64,000 bases of DNA from Schizochytrium sp. TIO01 (taxonomy: Eukaryota; Protista; Bigyra: Labyrinthulomycetes): the NCBI GenBank assembly GCA_004764695.1, contig SMSO01000037.1, forward strand, positions 4,954,411 through 5,018,410, in the 5' to 3' direction. The notes under the pieces were generated by a model, which saw only the letters and a list, made by a program, of their open reading frames with translations, made no database searches and was not told where the DNA came from. A program made the position numbers and the translations under genes. Shown in pieces: positions 10,514-21,632 of this stretch. How positions within the stretch are numbered: position 1 is the first letter of the stretch; every line of letters begins with the position of its first letter.

Positions 10514-13243
10514 TCACTGAAGCAAACAAGACTCAGTCGCATGTGTAGGAACAGTTGCACGCTTGAGCTTGTTTCGCCCCTTGCGTCGTGCAAGGCGGGT
10601 GGACAGATGCTTTGTGAGGGACTTTGGGGTATCGGCAAGGATCGTTCGTAAAGGTGCTAAAATCTCTTCAGTAGGCTGAAGATATGTGCGTTCAGCCAAC
10701 CACTTGGTAAGAAAATCTTCTGTAAAAGTAACCCCAGGTTTTGAAGCAATGCAGCGAATACACTTGGCCAGACGGCGGGTATCAGGCTCCTCACTTCGAC
10801 AATATTTGAGGAGGGCCCGATCTAACATGTGTACAAGAAGCGAGGCTGGAACCTTATTCGGGTCTAAGAGCAAATCGAGTAGATCTTCCGAGGCCCACGT
10901 GAGTGCTGCCTCAGCTGGGAGCTTAACAGGAACTGAGAATTTTGGTGCAATTATCATCTGCGCAATGTCAAGGCGAGGTTCATAACTAAGCAGAAGCTCA
11001 ACTGCTTCCTGGGGTCCAAAGTAGGCAGCATATCCAATCAAGCACGTGGCAAAGAAGGCCCGGACCTGTTGATTAACAAGAGAAATAGAAGCAGACTCGG
11101 ACGCTTCAATAGCCTCAAGAATTCTGTCACGATCGCCTGCGAAAGTAGCTTGAGCTGTAGATACATCTAACGAGTCGAACAGTGCCTTAATCGATGAAAC
11201 ATCGCTCAATAATGCCAAAGCCCCCTCACTCTCCTCTTGCCAAGGGAAGCAGACCTGAATTGAACTTCCAAGGTCAAGACCACTGAAAATTTCCCAGATG
11301 CACCAAATCCGGGATAGCGTCATAGGGTGAGCCCATTCATTCACGGCCAATGAGACCTTACCAAATGAACCAACGCAGTTTCGAAACGTGGAGTCCCACC
11401 AGGACACAGGTCGCGAGGGTGCATCATGTTGGTCAACAGACAGGAGATCAAACCAGTAGAATGCATCGAAATCTGCGTTTGAGCCAAATTCCAACATATC
11501 TTTGACCATAGAAAATGTGTAGGCCCAACAGTGAGACACGAATTCAGTCGCGTAAGCAGAAGCCAAAGGCTTGTTGGCTCCGAAATCTCGATCATAACTT
11601 CCATAATCTCCCATGGGGTGAACCCAAGTTGCGTAAGTTCGCCGCTTTCGAAGCGCACGAGCTGCAGCTGAGCATCCTTCGACTGTAAGCGGCTTCACAA
11701 TAGTGTTGAGCATGCCAGCGGTGGTGATACCACTGTAGTATGAAGGGTGATACATAAGTGTCAGAATCATATCGAAGGATACCCCCATCCAAGAGATAGC
11801 TTCAGACGCTCCATGTTCGGCACACCGCAGATCGATGCGTTGGCGAAGCGATCGCCAATCATCAGACACCTTGGGAATCTTTAGCGGGACTGCTGCGATA
11901 AACTCATCAGGGTCATCAATTGTCAATAAGGCTTCCAGCAAGCAGACATTTGAGGGGTTTGTTTTTTTGGCTACGGTTGCTTTAAAAACTTTTTTCTCGA
12001 GAAAAACTTTCGGAAGGTATCGTCCAACCCATCTCGTTCTTGTGGCATCCTTTGAAGACCATACCATTTCTCGGATGGCATTTAAATTAACCTCCCCATT
12101 TTCCCAGTCGCATCCTGACTCGATACCAGAAATTGCATAGCGCACAAAAGCAGGACTTTGTTGAGGATTGTTTAGCTGCTCTATAAGGAGTTCGACCCAT
12201 GATTGTTTTGGGATGCCTTTGCAAACCCCTACACACCAAGCAAGAGCATTAAAGTACTCTTGCCAAGAGTTGATTTCACGTATGCTGCCATCAACGTCAC
12301 GTAAATTCTCAAACCAATTCCGAATAGCATCGACAATTGTTGAGGTATCCACATTTTCACGACTTGCTGACTCAAAGTCAATATCCTGGTATGTATCGAG
12401 AATTGAAAGTACTGTATCATTCTGAGCCTTTCTTTGATCCCAGCTGATCTCACCTGCCTGATCTGTGAATGGCTGAAGAATTGCAGAAGCTCGCTCTACG
12501 GCCTCCCTAAAAGTGCAAAGCTTCTCTCGAAGATCAGAGTTGAGACTCTGTGTATACAGCCTCCAAGCAAAGGGGAAGCTTCTTTCATTCCCATCATTGA
12601 ACATGGAGACACGGAGTGCATCAATATGGCGTTCCTGTTTCTCCAAAGGCATGAGTGGGTATAAAAGAATTGATTTCTCCCGAACAAAACTATCTTCATG
12701 CGCGAGCAAACTATCCATGTCCAGATCGGGGCAAACCCTATGTGGTTCTGCCAGCAGCCATGCTGCAAGAAACTGCAAGATGTAGTGAGCGTGCTGAGGG
12801 CGAAACGAGTCTGTGGCGCCAACCTCCACAAACTCGTGAAGCTGCCCAGCTGCATCACTTATCCACGATGGTTCTAGGATTTCAGGCCACCTTGTGGCTA
12901 CATTTCGCATATAATGTAGGTCATTGTTGGTTCTCAAAATTACCTCTGCAGCTTCTCTTGCGATGTCATAAAGCTCATCACGCTCTTCTGGGGACCACCA
13001 GGAAAGTAAGTCAAGCACCATCGCCAGCGAGAGAACCTTCAGACGGTACTCTGTTCCAGCAGAATCTTTGTCAATCTCCCCCCGCAATATTCGAATCTCT
13101 ATATGGAGTGCTGTGGACACAGCATGTATTGATCCAGAATCTCTCCTTGCATCAGGCGGTAGGAGCGGTGCAACGCTCCGCAAAGCATTGTCAAAGTCTT
13201 CTGGCCACTGCCTACGAAGTTTTTCTATGGCCGTTGCGTTCAT
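10514..13243 (-). CDS. Hypothetical 909-aa protein with a C-terminal-half HET/TIR-like domain
   Basis: Long intact ORF; motif series FVSHCW...YWFDLLSVDQH...LSRIWCIWE resembles HET-type domains. Confidence 0.7.
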   Translation of the reverse strand: MNATAIEKLRRQWPEDFDNALRSVAPLLPPDARRDSGSIHAVSTALHIEIRILRGEIDKDSAGTEYRLKVLSLAMVLDLLSWWSPEERDELYDIAREAAEVILRTNNDLHYMRNVATRWPEILEPSWISDAAGQLHEFVEVGATDSFRPQHAHYILQFLAAWLLAEPHRVCPDLDMDSLLAHEDSFVREKSILLYPLMPLEKQERHIDALRVSMFNDGNERSFPFAWRLYTQSLNSDLREKLCTFREAVERASAILQPFTDQAGEISWDQRKAQNDTVLSILDTYQDIDFESASRENVDTSTIVDAIRNWFENLRDVDGSIREINSWQEYFNALAWCVGVCKGIPKQSWVELLIEQLNNPQQSPAFVRYAISGIESGCDWENGEVNLNAIREMVWSSKDATRTRWVGRYLPKVFLEKKVFKATVAKKTNPSNVCLLEALLTIDDPDEFIAAVPLKIPKVSDDWRSLRQRIDLRCAEHGASEAISWMGVSFDMILTLMYHPSYYSGITTAGMLNTIVKPLTVEGCSAAARALRKRRTYATWVHPMGDYGSYDRDFGANKPLASAYATEFVSHCWAYTFSMVKDMLEFGSNADFDAFYWFDLLSVDQHDAPSRPVSWWDSTFRNCVGSFGKVSLAVNEWAHPMTLSRIWCIWEIFSGLDLGSSIQVCFPWQEESEGALALLSDVSSIKALFDSLDVSTAQATFAGDRDRILEAIEASESASISLVNQQVRAFFATCLIGYAAYFGPQEAVELLLSYEPRLDIAQMIIAPKFSVPVKLPAEAALTWASEDLLDLLLDPNKVPASLLVHMLDRALLKYCRSEEPDTRRLAKCIRCIASKPGVTFTEDFLTKWLAERTYLQPTEEILAPLRTILADTPKSLTKHLSTRLARRKGRNKLKRATVPTHATESCLLQ

Positions 13244-14544
13244 GGAATAGATTTGTCTTTCCCTTCCTAGACTTGAACAATGGGCTTCGCTCTAACGGCT
13301 GCACGTGTCACCAACAGGTTGAGGATTTGCAATACAAGAAGTTCATCATCACTCTTCCCCATCTCCATGCTCCTCTTCAAGAGTGCATTGGGGGATTCTA
13401 GGTGAAGAGTTAGCTAGCTTACCTAGGTATGTCCCACACATGCATTACCCTTCAAGCTTTTACCATAGTAAACATATTGTTAGGAGTACCTTAATCTGAC
13501 TAAGGAGAGTGCATTACGCTTTTGCACCCCAGATGCCAAACTGGGCATTAGTACAACTTTGTTATGTAAAACCATAGGACCCTTAATCTGGAGAAGGATC
13601 CATTCTTCCCAAGCTGGTACTTTGTGCATTGCTATCTAGGGCTTTTAGTAGAAGTCATTAGAAACTTCAAAGCCGAGGGTGTGCGCTGACGTAAATCTTT
13701 CAAGAGGAGATGGCAAGAAGAAAATGCTATATAAAGCAACCAATTATTGAGTTCTGAGGCTCAGAGTAGGTAATTTACAATAAAAGTCATGGGGCTACTG
13801 TTCCCTCTACCCGGCAGCAGGCCGAGATTAAGATAAACGTTCAACCTACTTTCATAAAGATTTCCGAGGGCAACATTTACTCTAGGCCACGTTTTGTATT
13901 GATGTTACTTCCCTAGGCTGAATGTCAAGAAACTTACCAGATTGTGTAATTTGCTTCCGCTTTAAGTTCTACCACCACTGCCGCTACCCCAGCTCTTGCT
14001 GCATCTCCGTGGTGAATGAGAAACTGTGATCCACGCGTTTTCTTCCAAGCTCTTTTCAATCCAAGTAGCCTGGCTGTATGGTGGACACGCAATAATAATA
14101 CTTTTATTTTTTTCAAGAAAGTTTTAAAGGAAGAAGGAAGAAAAAGCTCTGTACAAGTCGTGTTTAGGTTTACGCAATCTTAGTTCGCAGAGTAAATAGT
14201 CGGAGGTGTCACTCGTTTGTCATGGACGAATGTGCATATGATTAGGTATCTCGTGGATTTATCAATGATTTTCAAATTCGCATTCTAAATGCTCTGGCAA
14301 AAGTACATCTTGAGGTTTGAATCAGCTGTATGCTCGCAACTTGTCACATGATCACAGGCTATACTGAGCAGAGCTAGATTTTCACAAACCACATTGAGGC
14401 GACAAATAGCTTGGAGACGCCTTGGAGACCTAGGTTCACAAGAGGGAAACGCGTTGAAGGACTCTTTGGATTTGACAAATGTATCTTATGGTGAAAATTG
14501 ATCATTGAAGTCAAGTTTTGCTTCTTCACATTTTATGTGTATGT

Positions 14545-14790
14545 ATGCTGAAAGATGAATCTATTAAACTAGAGGTTGGCTATGAAGACGAAGGCAAAGT
14601 CGTGATGAAGGTTTCAAGAAGGTTGGTTTTAAAGAATTGCGGAAGTGCCAAGGCAGACTAATTCATGCAGCAATTAGGAGACTAAGACATACTTGAACTG
14701 TGTTAGAAAGAGTTGACGGGGTTAGGTTATCTCCTTGACTATCAATTCAGATTACACCACGCTTGATTCTATACAATGTGTCAAAATAAG
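14545..14790 (+). repeat. Diverged copy of the dispersed repeat also at 16010-16425 and 26138-26550
   Basis: Shared sequence GAGGTTGrCT.TGAAGA.GAAGGCAA...TTCATG.AG.AATTA.G..G..TAAGACAT.CTTGAA...GGGGTTAGGTTA. Confidence 0.7.
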
Positions 14791-14874
14791 TGGCATTATG
14801 ATGTAGATGCGAATTTCATTTTGAAGTTGGCAAAGCTAGTCACCAGAGTAATGGGCCATAATAGGAGCTAGTAG

Positions 14875-15095
14875 TATTGAAGTAATATACAACCAAGTGT
14901 CCAACCTGCCTAACCTAACCTCACCTAACCTAGCTCTTTTATCTGTTGGACTGACGTAATACATTCATCCTGCCTGTATTCAGACCCGAAGCCCCAATAA
15001 CTCAAATATCATCCTCTTTCTCTTTCTCCTGAGTTCGCCATCCTTGTCAGACTACCTCTGCACGCTTCACTGAACATGCTACTCTGCAATCAATA
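14875..15095 (+). mobile_element. Solo LTR of copia family A
   Basis: Starts TATTGAAGTAATATAC, has a CCTAA/CCTCA tract and the conserved TCCTCTTTCTCTTTCTCCTGAGTTCG core, ends CTGCAAT(CAATA). Confidence 0.9.
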
Positions 15096-15817
15096 GTAAA
15101 CTTGAGTATAGTCTTACTTGGGTCTCTGCACGGGTGAAAGGATTGAACTCGTGAAGAGTGAAATGGCCCCGTTGATCCCTAGGTAGGCAGATGTATCTAT
15201 CACAAACCTACCTACCTACCTGCTATTATCAATTTCCATAGGTCTTACGTACGAGCTTAGCAGGTATTGTCAAACAGTAAAAATCATATCTGTTGTCATG
15301 TCTCTATGCCAACGCCAACAATGTCAAGTGACCAAAAGCAATGCCATGAGCTTTTACACAATTCTATGAAACCCAAAATACATATAACTAGTCGCTAGCC
15401 AAGTGTTGTGCCGAAAAAATATGTTAATCGCTAGAATTAAAACAGCTACAATCGCATATCAGACGTGTTTTCCTGAAAGATAAATCGTTTACGACAACGT
15501 CCTAATATGGTCTGTTCTTGAGAGACCTGGATTTGAGAGATGAAGGTTTTTCTTCTATTTTCAAATTCAAACTCAACAAATCAAACATAGATCATTTGTG
15601 GTAGGTTTTATAAATTGCATGACTCATCAGGATGAACTTCGCCCTTGCTATACAGAAGTTAAAATATATATTCATTTTACACTCATCACCTATATCTTAT
15701 TTTCTATATGGGTTTTGAGTTGAAACTGGTAGCAAATATAAAAATTTGCAAATTTGGGAAGTTTTTATTCGGCTTCCTGACAAACAAGGCTGGTCTATGG
15801 ATTTTTTTGTTAGCATG

Positions 15818-16010
15818 CATTGCAGAGGAGTTTGTGCTGTGAAGCATGCAGAGATAGTTTGAGGAGGATGGCGAACTCAGGAGAAAGGGAAAGAGGATGA
15901 TATATGAGTTATTGGGGTTTCGGGTCTGGATACAGGCAGGATGAATGTATCATGTCAGTCCAACGGATAGAAGAGCTAGGTTAGGTTAGGTGAGGTGAGG
16001 TGAGGTGAGT
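15818..16010 (-). mobile_element. Truncated inverted LTR of copia family A
   Basis: Reverse-complement LTR that stops inside its TTAGG/TGAGG tract; the LTR 5' end is missing. Confidence 0.85.
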
Positions 16011-16425
16011 GATGAGATCTCCAATCGAAGGAACTAGTGGGCAAGTCATTGCTAGAGTTCTGGGCGTCCCTTTATGAAAGCCCGGCAGACACAAGGTCCA
16101 CAATAGAGCAAGAGTAGGCAGCCAGATTCATGTGGCTCTTAAAGTCAAGAATCAGAAGTGTGAATAGACATTACCTACATTCAAGTCTGGTGTAACTTGA
16201 ATCGATGGTTGTAGAGGTTGAATTAACCTAACCCCATCGATTATCTCTAATAACTTTCAAGAATGTCTTAACTTCCTTAATTACTACATGAAGCCATCTG
16301 TCCTGGAATTCATTCTCCAGGACAGCAGTTGGTTAACTCTTAAATCAACCTTCTTGAAGCCTTTATCAAGCCCCTTGCCTTCATCTTTACAGTCAACCTC
16401 AAGCTAATCAGAATCATCTTTCAGC
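16010..16425 (-). repeat. Inverted copy of 26138-26550 (Ulp1-like protease relic segment)
   Basis: About 415 bp align as the reverse complement of 26138-26550, e.g. TGGTGTAACTTGAATCGATGGTTGTAGAGGTTGAATTAACCTAACCCC. Confidence 0.85.
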
Positions 16426-17102
16426 GGTGAAGTTAGTATATTACTATAATAGCATGTTAGGCTGCTATTATTGTATAGTTAAAACGGAGATCGACACTCT
16501 CTGGAATGCTATAGCGTTGATCTAAGGGATCAAACATATCCTCTGGAAGTTGCTCTGGAGTAAAATCTACTGGATCATAGCCTCTACCTACTGTTTGAAC
16601 ATTCCATCGAAGAAAGAACCTATCAATCAGGTTCTTCCACTTTCGCATGAGAATCTTGTCTGTACGGTATAGTTCGCGATCGAGATCACTCCGGAAAACA
16701 GAAACATTTTTGTTTAGCCAGTGGGTGGAGATCGATGTTTGCTCTTTTTTAATATCAAGGTTACAGTTTCTCAGATGATTGCCGTAAGACTGAGAAAGGT
16801 AGTACACCATTCGATCATCCCGTGGTACTCTTACTTTGCCTGCATTTTCAATGAAAGACAAGGACAGCGCTGGAGGACCAGAAATGTACTTTTTCTGTTG
16901 AAACTTATTGAAGTAATATACAGCTACTGTCTAACCTAACCTAACCTAACCTAACCAAGCTCTCCTATCCACACATTAACCTGCCTGTATGCAGACCTGA
17001 AACCCCGATAACTCATATATCATCCTCTTTCTCTTTCTCCTGAGTTCGTCATCCTTGTCAGACTACCTCTCCACGCTTCACAGCACAGGCTACTCTGCAA
17101 TA

Positions 17103-17115
17103 GGTTATGGGCCCA
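17103..17115 (+). promoter_or_regulatory. Primer binding site of element A, complementary to the tRNA-iMet anticodon stem-loop (half-tRNA type)
   Basis: GGTTATGGGCCCA directly after the LTR; reverse complement TGGGCCCATAACC; same type as Drosophila copia. Confidence 0.9.
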
Positions 17116-17325
17116 AGATACGCCAGGAAGACTCGAGTGTAACAACTCGTTTCCTAGACATCTTGAAGATCAGACGAGCTCAACATCAGAGATAGAGTAA
17201 ACTTTTTCGAAGTAAGACTTCCTACGGAAAACTATACACAGTCCTCAGGAACGTCAACACGATGTCTTCCGTGAGAGAAAGCAAGCGGAACAGGACAAAC
17301 CAAGCGGCGAACTCAGAGAGCCAGA

Positions 17326-20300
17326 GTGCTCTCTCTGCGGAAGAAGTTCAAGCGTCAAAAACGACCTACATACCAAAACAACAATTCCGGGGGAGCACAA
17401 CAACCCTTTCCTCAAAGGAATAAATGCTCACACTGTGGTTATTCAAATCATGCTGAGGCAAACTGCAAATTCTTGACAACAATTTGTCCTATCTGTAACC
17501 AAGTTGGACACAGACCCTCTGTTTGTCCAAGTAGATCATCGCGACAACAAAAGTCGAACAACAAGCGTCAGCGTCATAATTCAACACCACCGTACAAAGG
17601 TCTCGCGTTACACAACGCTCCTTTTGATCAAGGACCTTTTCATGCCAATTTCAGTGTCAACCTTCTGACAATCAATCATCTAAAATCAGAACCGAAGTCA
17701 GCAGAGACAACCTCAGAAGGATTCCTACTAGATTCTGGATGCAATTTGCATGTCACACCAAATCTTGCATTACTTTCAAACTATGAGAACATTAATCCAC
17801 TATCAATGGATGCAGCTCAAGGATCCTCAGTTCCGATTTTAGGAAAAGGTACCCTGGAGGCACGAGTAAGATCAACGTCGGGTAGAATTGTTCCTTTAAC
17901 ACTTACAGTCTACTACGCACCTTCCCTTGCTCACATATTACTGTCGACGTCTATTATGACTCAGCAAGGATTCTCATTTTTCTTCTCACAAGATAGCGAT
18001 CGTATGACCACTCCACATGGAGAAGTTATTACACTCGGTCAGCAATCTGACATCCCAATGCTTATCCCTGTAAAAGCACCCAAAGTTAACGCTCTGCAAC
18101 TACGGAAAGCACAAAAACTCAGTTATAAAGGAATAGATTGGCTAGAAGCTCACCTTAAATTAGGTCACGCTTCAATTCCACGCATAGCATCCTCCATAGG
18201 AGTTTCTGCATCACAAATCGACTTCTTATGCATGGATTGTAAAGTTGCCAACTTTGAACGTATTCCAGTGACAAAAGGACCTCACACACCATATGCTAAG
18301 TCTCCTCGACAAGCTGTTACAGCTGATGTGATGGGACCATTCCACGTTCTAGGCATCCCCAACAAGTTCAAATATGCCATAGTCTACAGAGATCTTTACT
18401 CAGACTTTACATATGTTTATCCTATACAATCCACTGATCAAGTGTCCACGACCCTTCGTACCTTTGCTCAAGCATGGCTCCAAGGTAAAAACACCTCGCG
18501 CATCATCATTCGCACAGACGGAGCTAAATATTTTACAGGCGGAGAGTTTGCAAGATCACTTCACACCATGCGGTGGGAACATAAACTATCTGCACCACAC
18601 TCTCATGCTACAAATCCTGCTGAAGGCATCAATCGAGTACTAATGAATGGTCTTCGCTCCAATCTAAAAACTGCATTACTCGGAGCCAAATATTGGCCCT
18701 ATGCTTTATCTCATGCTGTACATGTCAAGAATCGCACAGCCTCCAGTCGCAATCGGAAATCTCCGTACGAACGACATTTTGGCAAAGCACCAGACTACAG
18801 CTACTTCCACATTTTTGGAGCACCATGTGCGTTCAAGAAGTTTCCCATTCCGCAAAAGTTGGGAGATAGGGGTGAACTAGGCATTTTCCTTGGATATGCT
18901 GATAGTTACACTCATGGAACTGTACATGTCTTACCTAAAGACAAGTCCAACATCCTTCAAACGCGTGAAGTCAAGATTTTCGATCAAGCATTGACTGAAC
19001 AAACTCGTCAGCGTGCAATGTCAATAGAAACCGCTCTGACACCTGATCTAATTACTCATTGGACACGTGAAGAATCAAATAAACTAATTGATGGAGAAAT
19101 GTATCAGGATCTACCTGCTTTATCCTCCACAGCTAATAATACTAAATCTTTCCTCACTCCTAATACCCCAGAATATAATGACGACCGTGAATCCAATAGT
19201 GAACACGCTAGTCGTCCACATGATGGGACTCGAACCCATAATCCCCAGGTTTGCAACCTAGTGCATAAACCAATTATGCTTCATGGCCAAGCTATTTTTA
19301 TAATGAGGAAGGTTGGACTTGAACCAACGACTCGAACGGAGGTAAACAATGACGACCGTGAATCCAGTAGTGAACACGCTAGTCGTCTGGAGGCAAATCA
19401 TCATGACCGTGAATCCAATAGTGAACACGCTAGTCATTCGGAACCAAATCATAATGACCGTGAATCCAGTAGTGAACACGCTAGTCATCCGAAACTAAAT
19501 CACAATGACCGTGAATCCAGTAGTGAACACGCTAGTCATCCGAAACTAAATCACAATGACCGTGAATCCAGTAGTGAACACGCTAGTCATCCGGAACTAA
19601 ATCACAATGACCGTGAATCCAGTAGTGAACACGCTAGTCATCCGGAACAAAATCACAATGACCGTGAATCCAATAGTGAACACGTTAGTCATTCTGAGGT
19701 AAATAATGATGACCGTGAATCCAAAAGTGAACATGCTCGTGAAGACATGGAACTAGAACATAGTTCAGTCCATGCACACGATAGTCATCGGAGATCCAAA
19801 AGGACTCCCAAACCTCATGTACCACTAAATGTTGGTCCCAGTGCCAAAGGCGCTGCAAATAAATACCGATACTATACCAATCGTCTGAAACGAAAACGTA
19901 ATATGACGAATACAGAGTTAGATTTCTCGGATATTAATTCTCTATCAAAAGAAGAGAACTTACATGAACTAATCATTCCCACGATATATCCGAGGGAACA
20001 GGAATATTTTGCTTTTCTTATTAAAAACAACACAGATAATAAACAATTACCTAAACCGGTCCCAAAACCATGTCCATATGACGACATTGTAGTTCCAAAC
20101 ACTTATAAAGAAATGCGGAAACTGCCTCAGGCATATCAGCAACTATGGATCGCTGCTATGAATACTGAACATCACAATCTGCAGTCCGCTGGTGTTCTGG
20201 AAACTGTACCCTTACACACTTTACCACAGGGACAGACTGTAATGGGAACTAGATGGGTCTATACAAAGAAGGCACCACCGGTCAATCTGTTAAAAGCACG

Positions 20301-21632
20301 GGTTGTAGTACAAGGCTACAATGAGGCCATTGAACATGTTTATGATATATACTCACCAACAGTTAATGTTGAAAGCATTCGTGTTGCAACAATTATTGCT
20401 TTAACGAGAGGCTATGATGCTATCACCGTTGACGTAACAGCCGCATTTCTAGAAGCACAAATTCCAGATGACGAATTCCTCTACATCAAAGGCATTGAAG
20501 GTCTTGACTTAGCAGAAGGTTATTGTTATCGTCTGCGTAAAAGTCTATATGGACTCAAAAGTGCCCCCCGTAGGTGGATGGATCATTTGACGGCTATATT
20601 AGAAAATTATGGCTTAACACGATCTATAACGGATGCATCACTCTTCATTGGCAAAGATCTTCTAATGACTATCCATGTTGATGACATGAGAATCTTTGGC
20701 ACACCCCAAGCACTAAAAGCGATTGTCAAAGAACTTGAACAAAATGTCGGCGTCAAAGTTAATCGTGAAAAACAATGCCATTATCTTAGTGATACACATG
20801 TCTATGACAAGTCACGAAAGATCTGTACCATCAGCCAACGCGAGTATTGTGGAAAAGCCCTTAGGCGATGTAATATGGAAAACTGCAATGGAGCTAAAAC
20901 TCCATCCATCCTTAAAGAGTTAAGTGATCATCCTGACGACTCTGTGAATGAACACTATCGTCCACTTGTTGGCACTCTAATGTATTTACTAAAAACTCGA
21001 CCTGATATGGCATACACTTTACACCAACTTGCATGCCATGGTCAAAAGAATGGAGCGGAACATATGCAAGCTCTTAAACATGCATTCCGTTATGTCAAGG
21101 CCACAAAGGACAAAGTTCTAACACTCAAAGGCGTGGATTCAGAGGCACAACTTGTTTTGAATGTCTATACAGATGCTTCTTTCAGCAAGGCACATGACAA
21201 ACTTCGTCGTAGTGTTACAGGATATGTTGTTATGATAAATGATAGTGCTGTTGTATGGAAAACAACCAAACAGTCTACAGTTGCAAGAAATACTCACGAA
21301 GCTGAACTAATTGCTGCAGTTGCAGGAGTTCTCAGAGCAGAATCCATTCGACAACTCTTAGCAGACATGAACATTTACATCAATGAAATACAGGTATATA
21401 TAGATTGTCAAGCATTAGTAAACACAATCAAAAAGAAGAAGATAATATTACAAATGGTTATCTCGCAGTACAACTTGCAGTACTGATTCATCGAAGACAA
21501 AACCAATTACTCAAGGTACATCATGTTAAAGGCACAGAAAATATAGCTGATTTACTCACCAAACCACTTGCAGCACCATCTCATTGGAAACACGCGAGTC
21601 GCTTACTTGATGCTTCAGGTGCTGACGCGTGA
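17326..21632 (+). CDS. Element A polyprotein (two CCHC knuckles, PR, IN, RT, RNase H); no in-frame ATG before the protease; frameshift near 21430
   Basis: CSHCGYSNHAEANC and CPICNQVGHRPSVC; LLDSGC; HLKLGH...CMDC; IRTDG; HVDD; YTDASF. The RNase H end (ENIADLLTKPL) lies in the second frame 21405-21632. Confidence 0.88.
19175..19740 (+). repeat. 51-bp (17-aa) coding tandem repeat NHNDRESSSEHASHPEL in the IN-RT linker of element A
   Basis: Core GACCGTGAATCCAGTAGTGAACACGCTAGTCAT occurs about 8 times in tandem plus one upstream copy. Confidence 0.92.

Noticed and set aside
21425-21440. Frameshift in element A RNase H as programmed recoding
   Set aside because: It lies in an A5 run where one extra A restores the frame; a homopolymer error or simple mutation is more likely.
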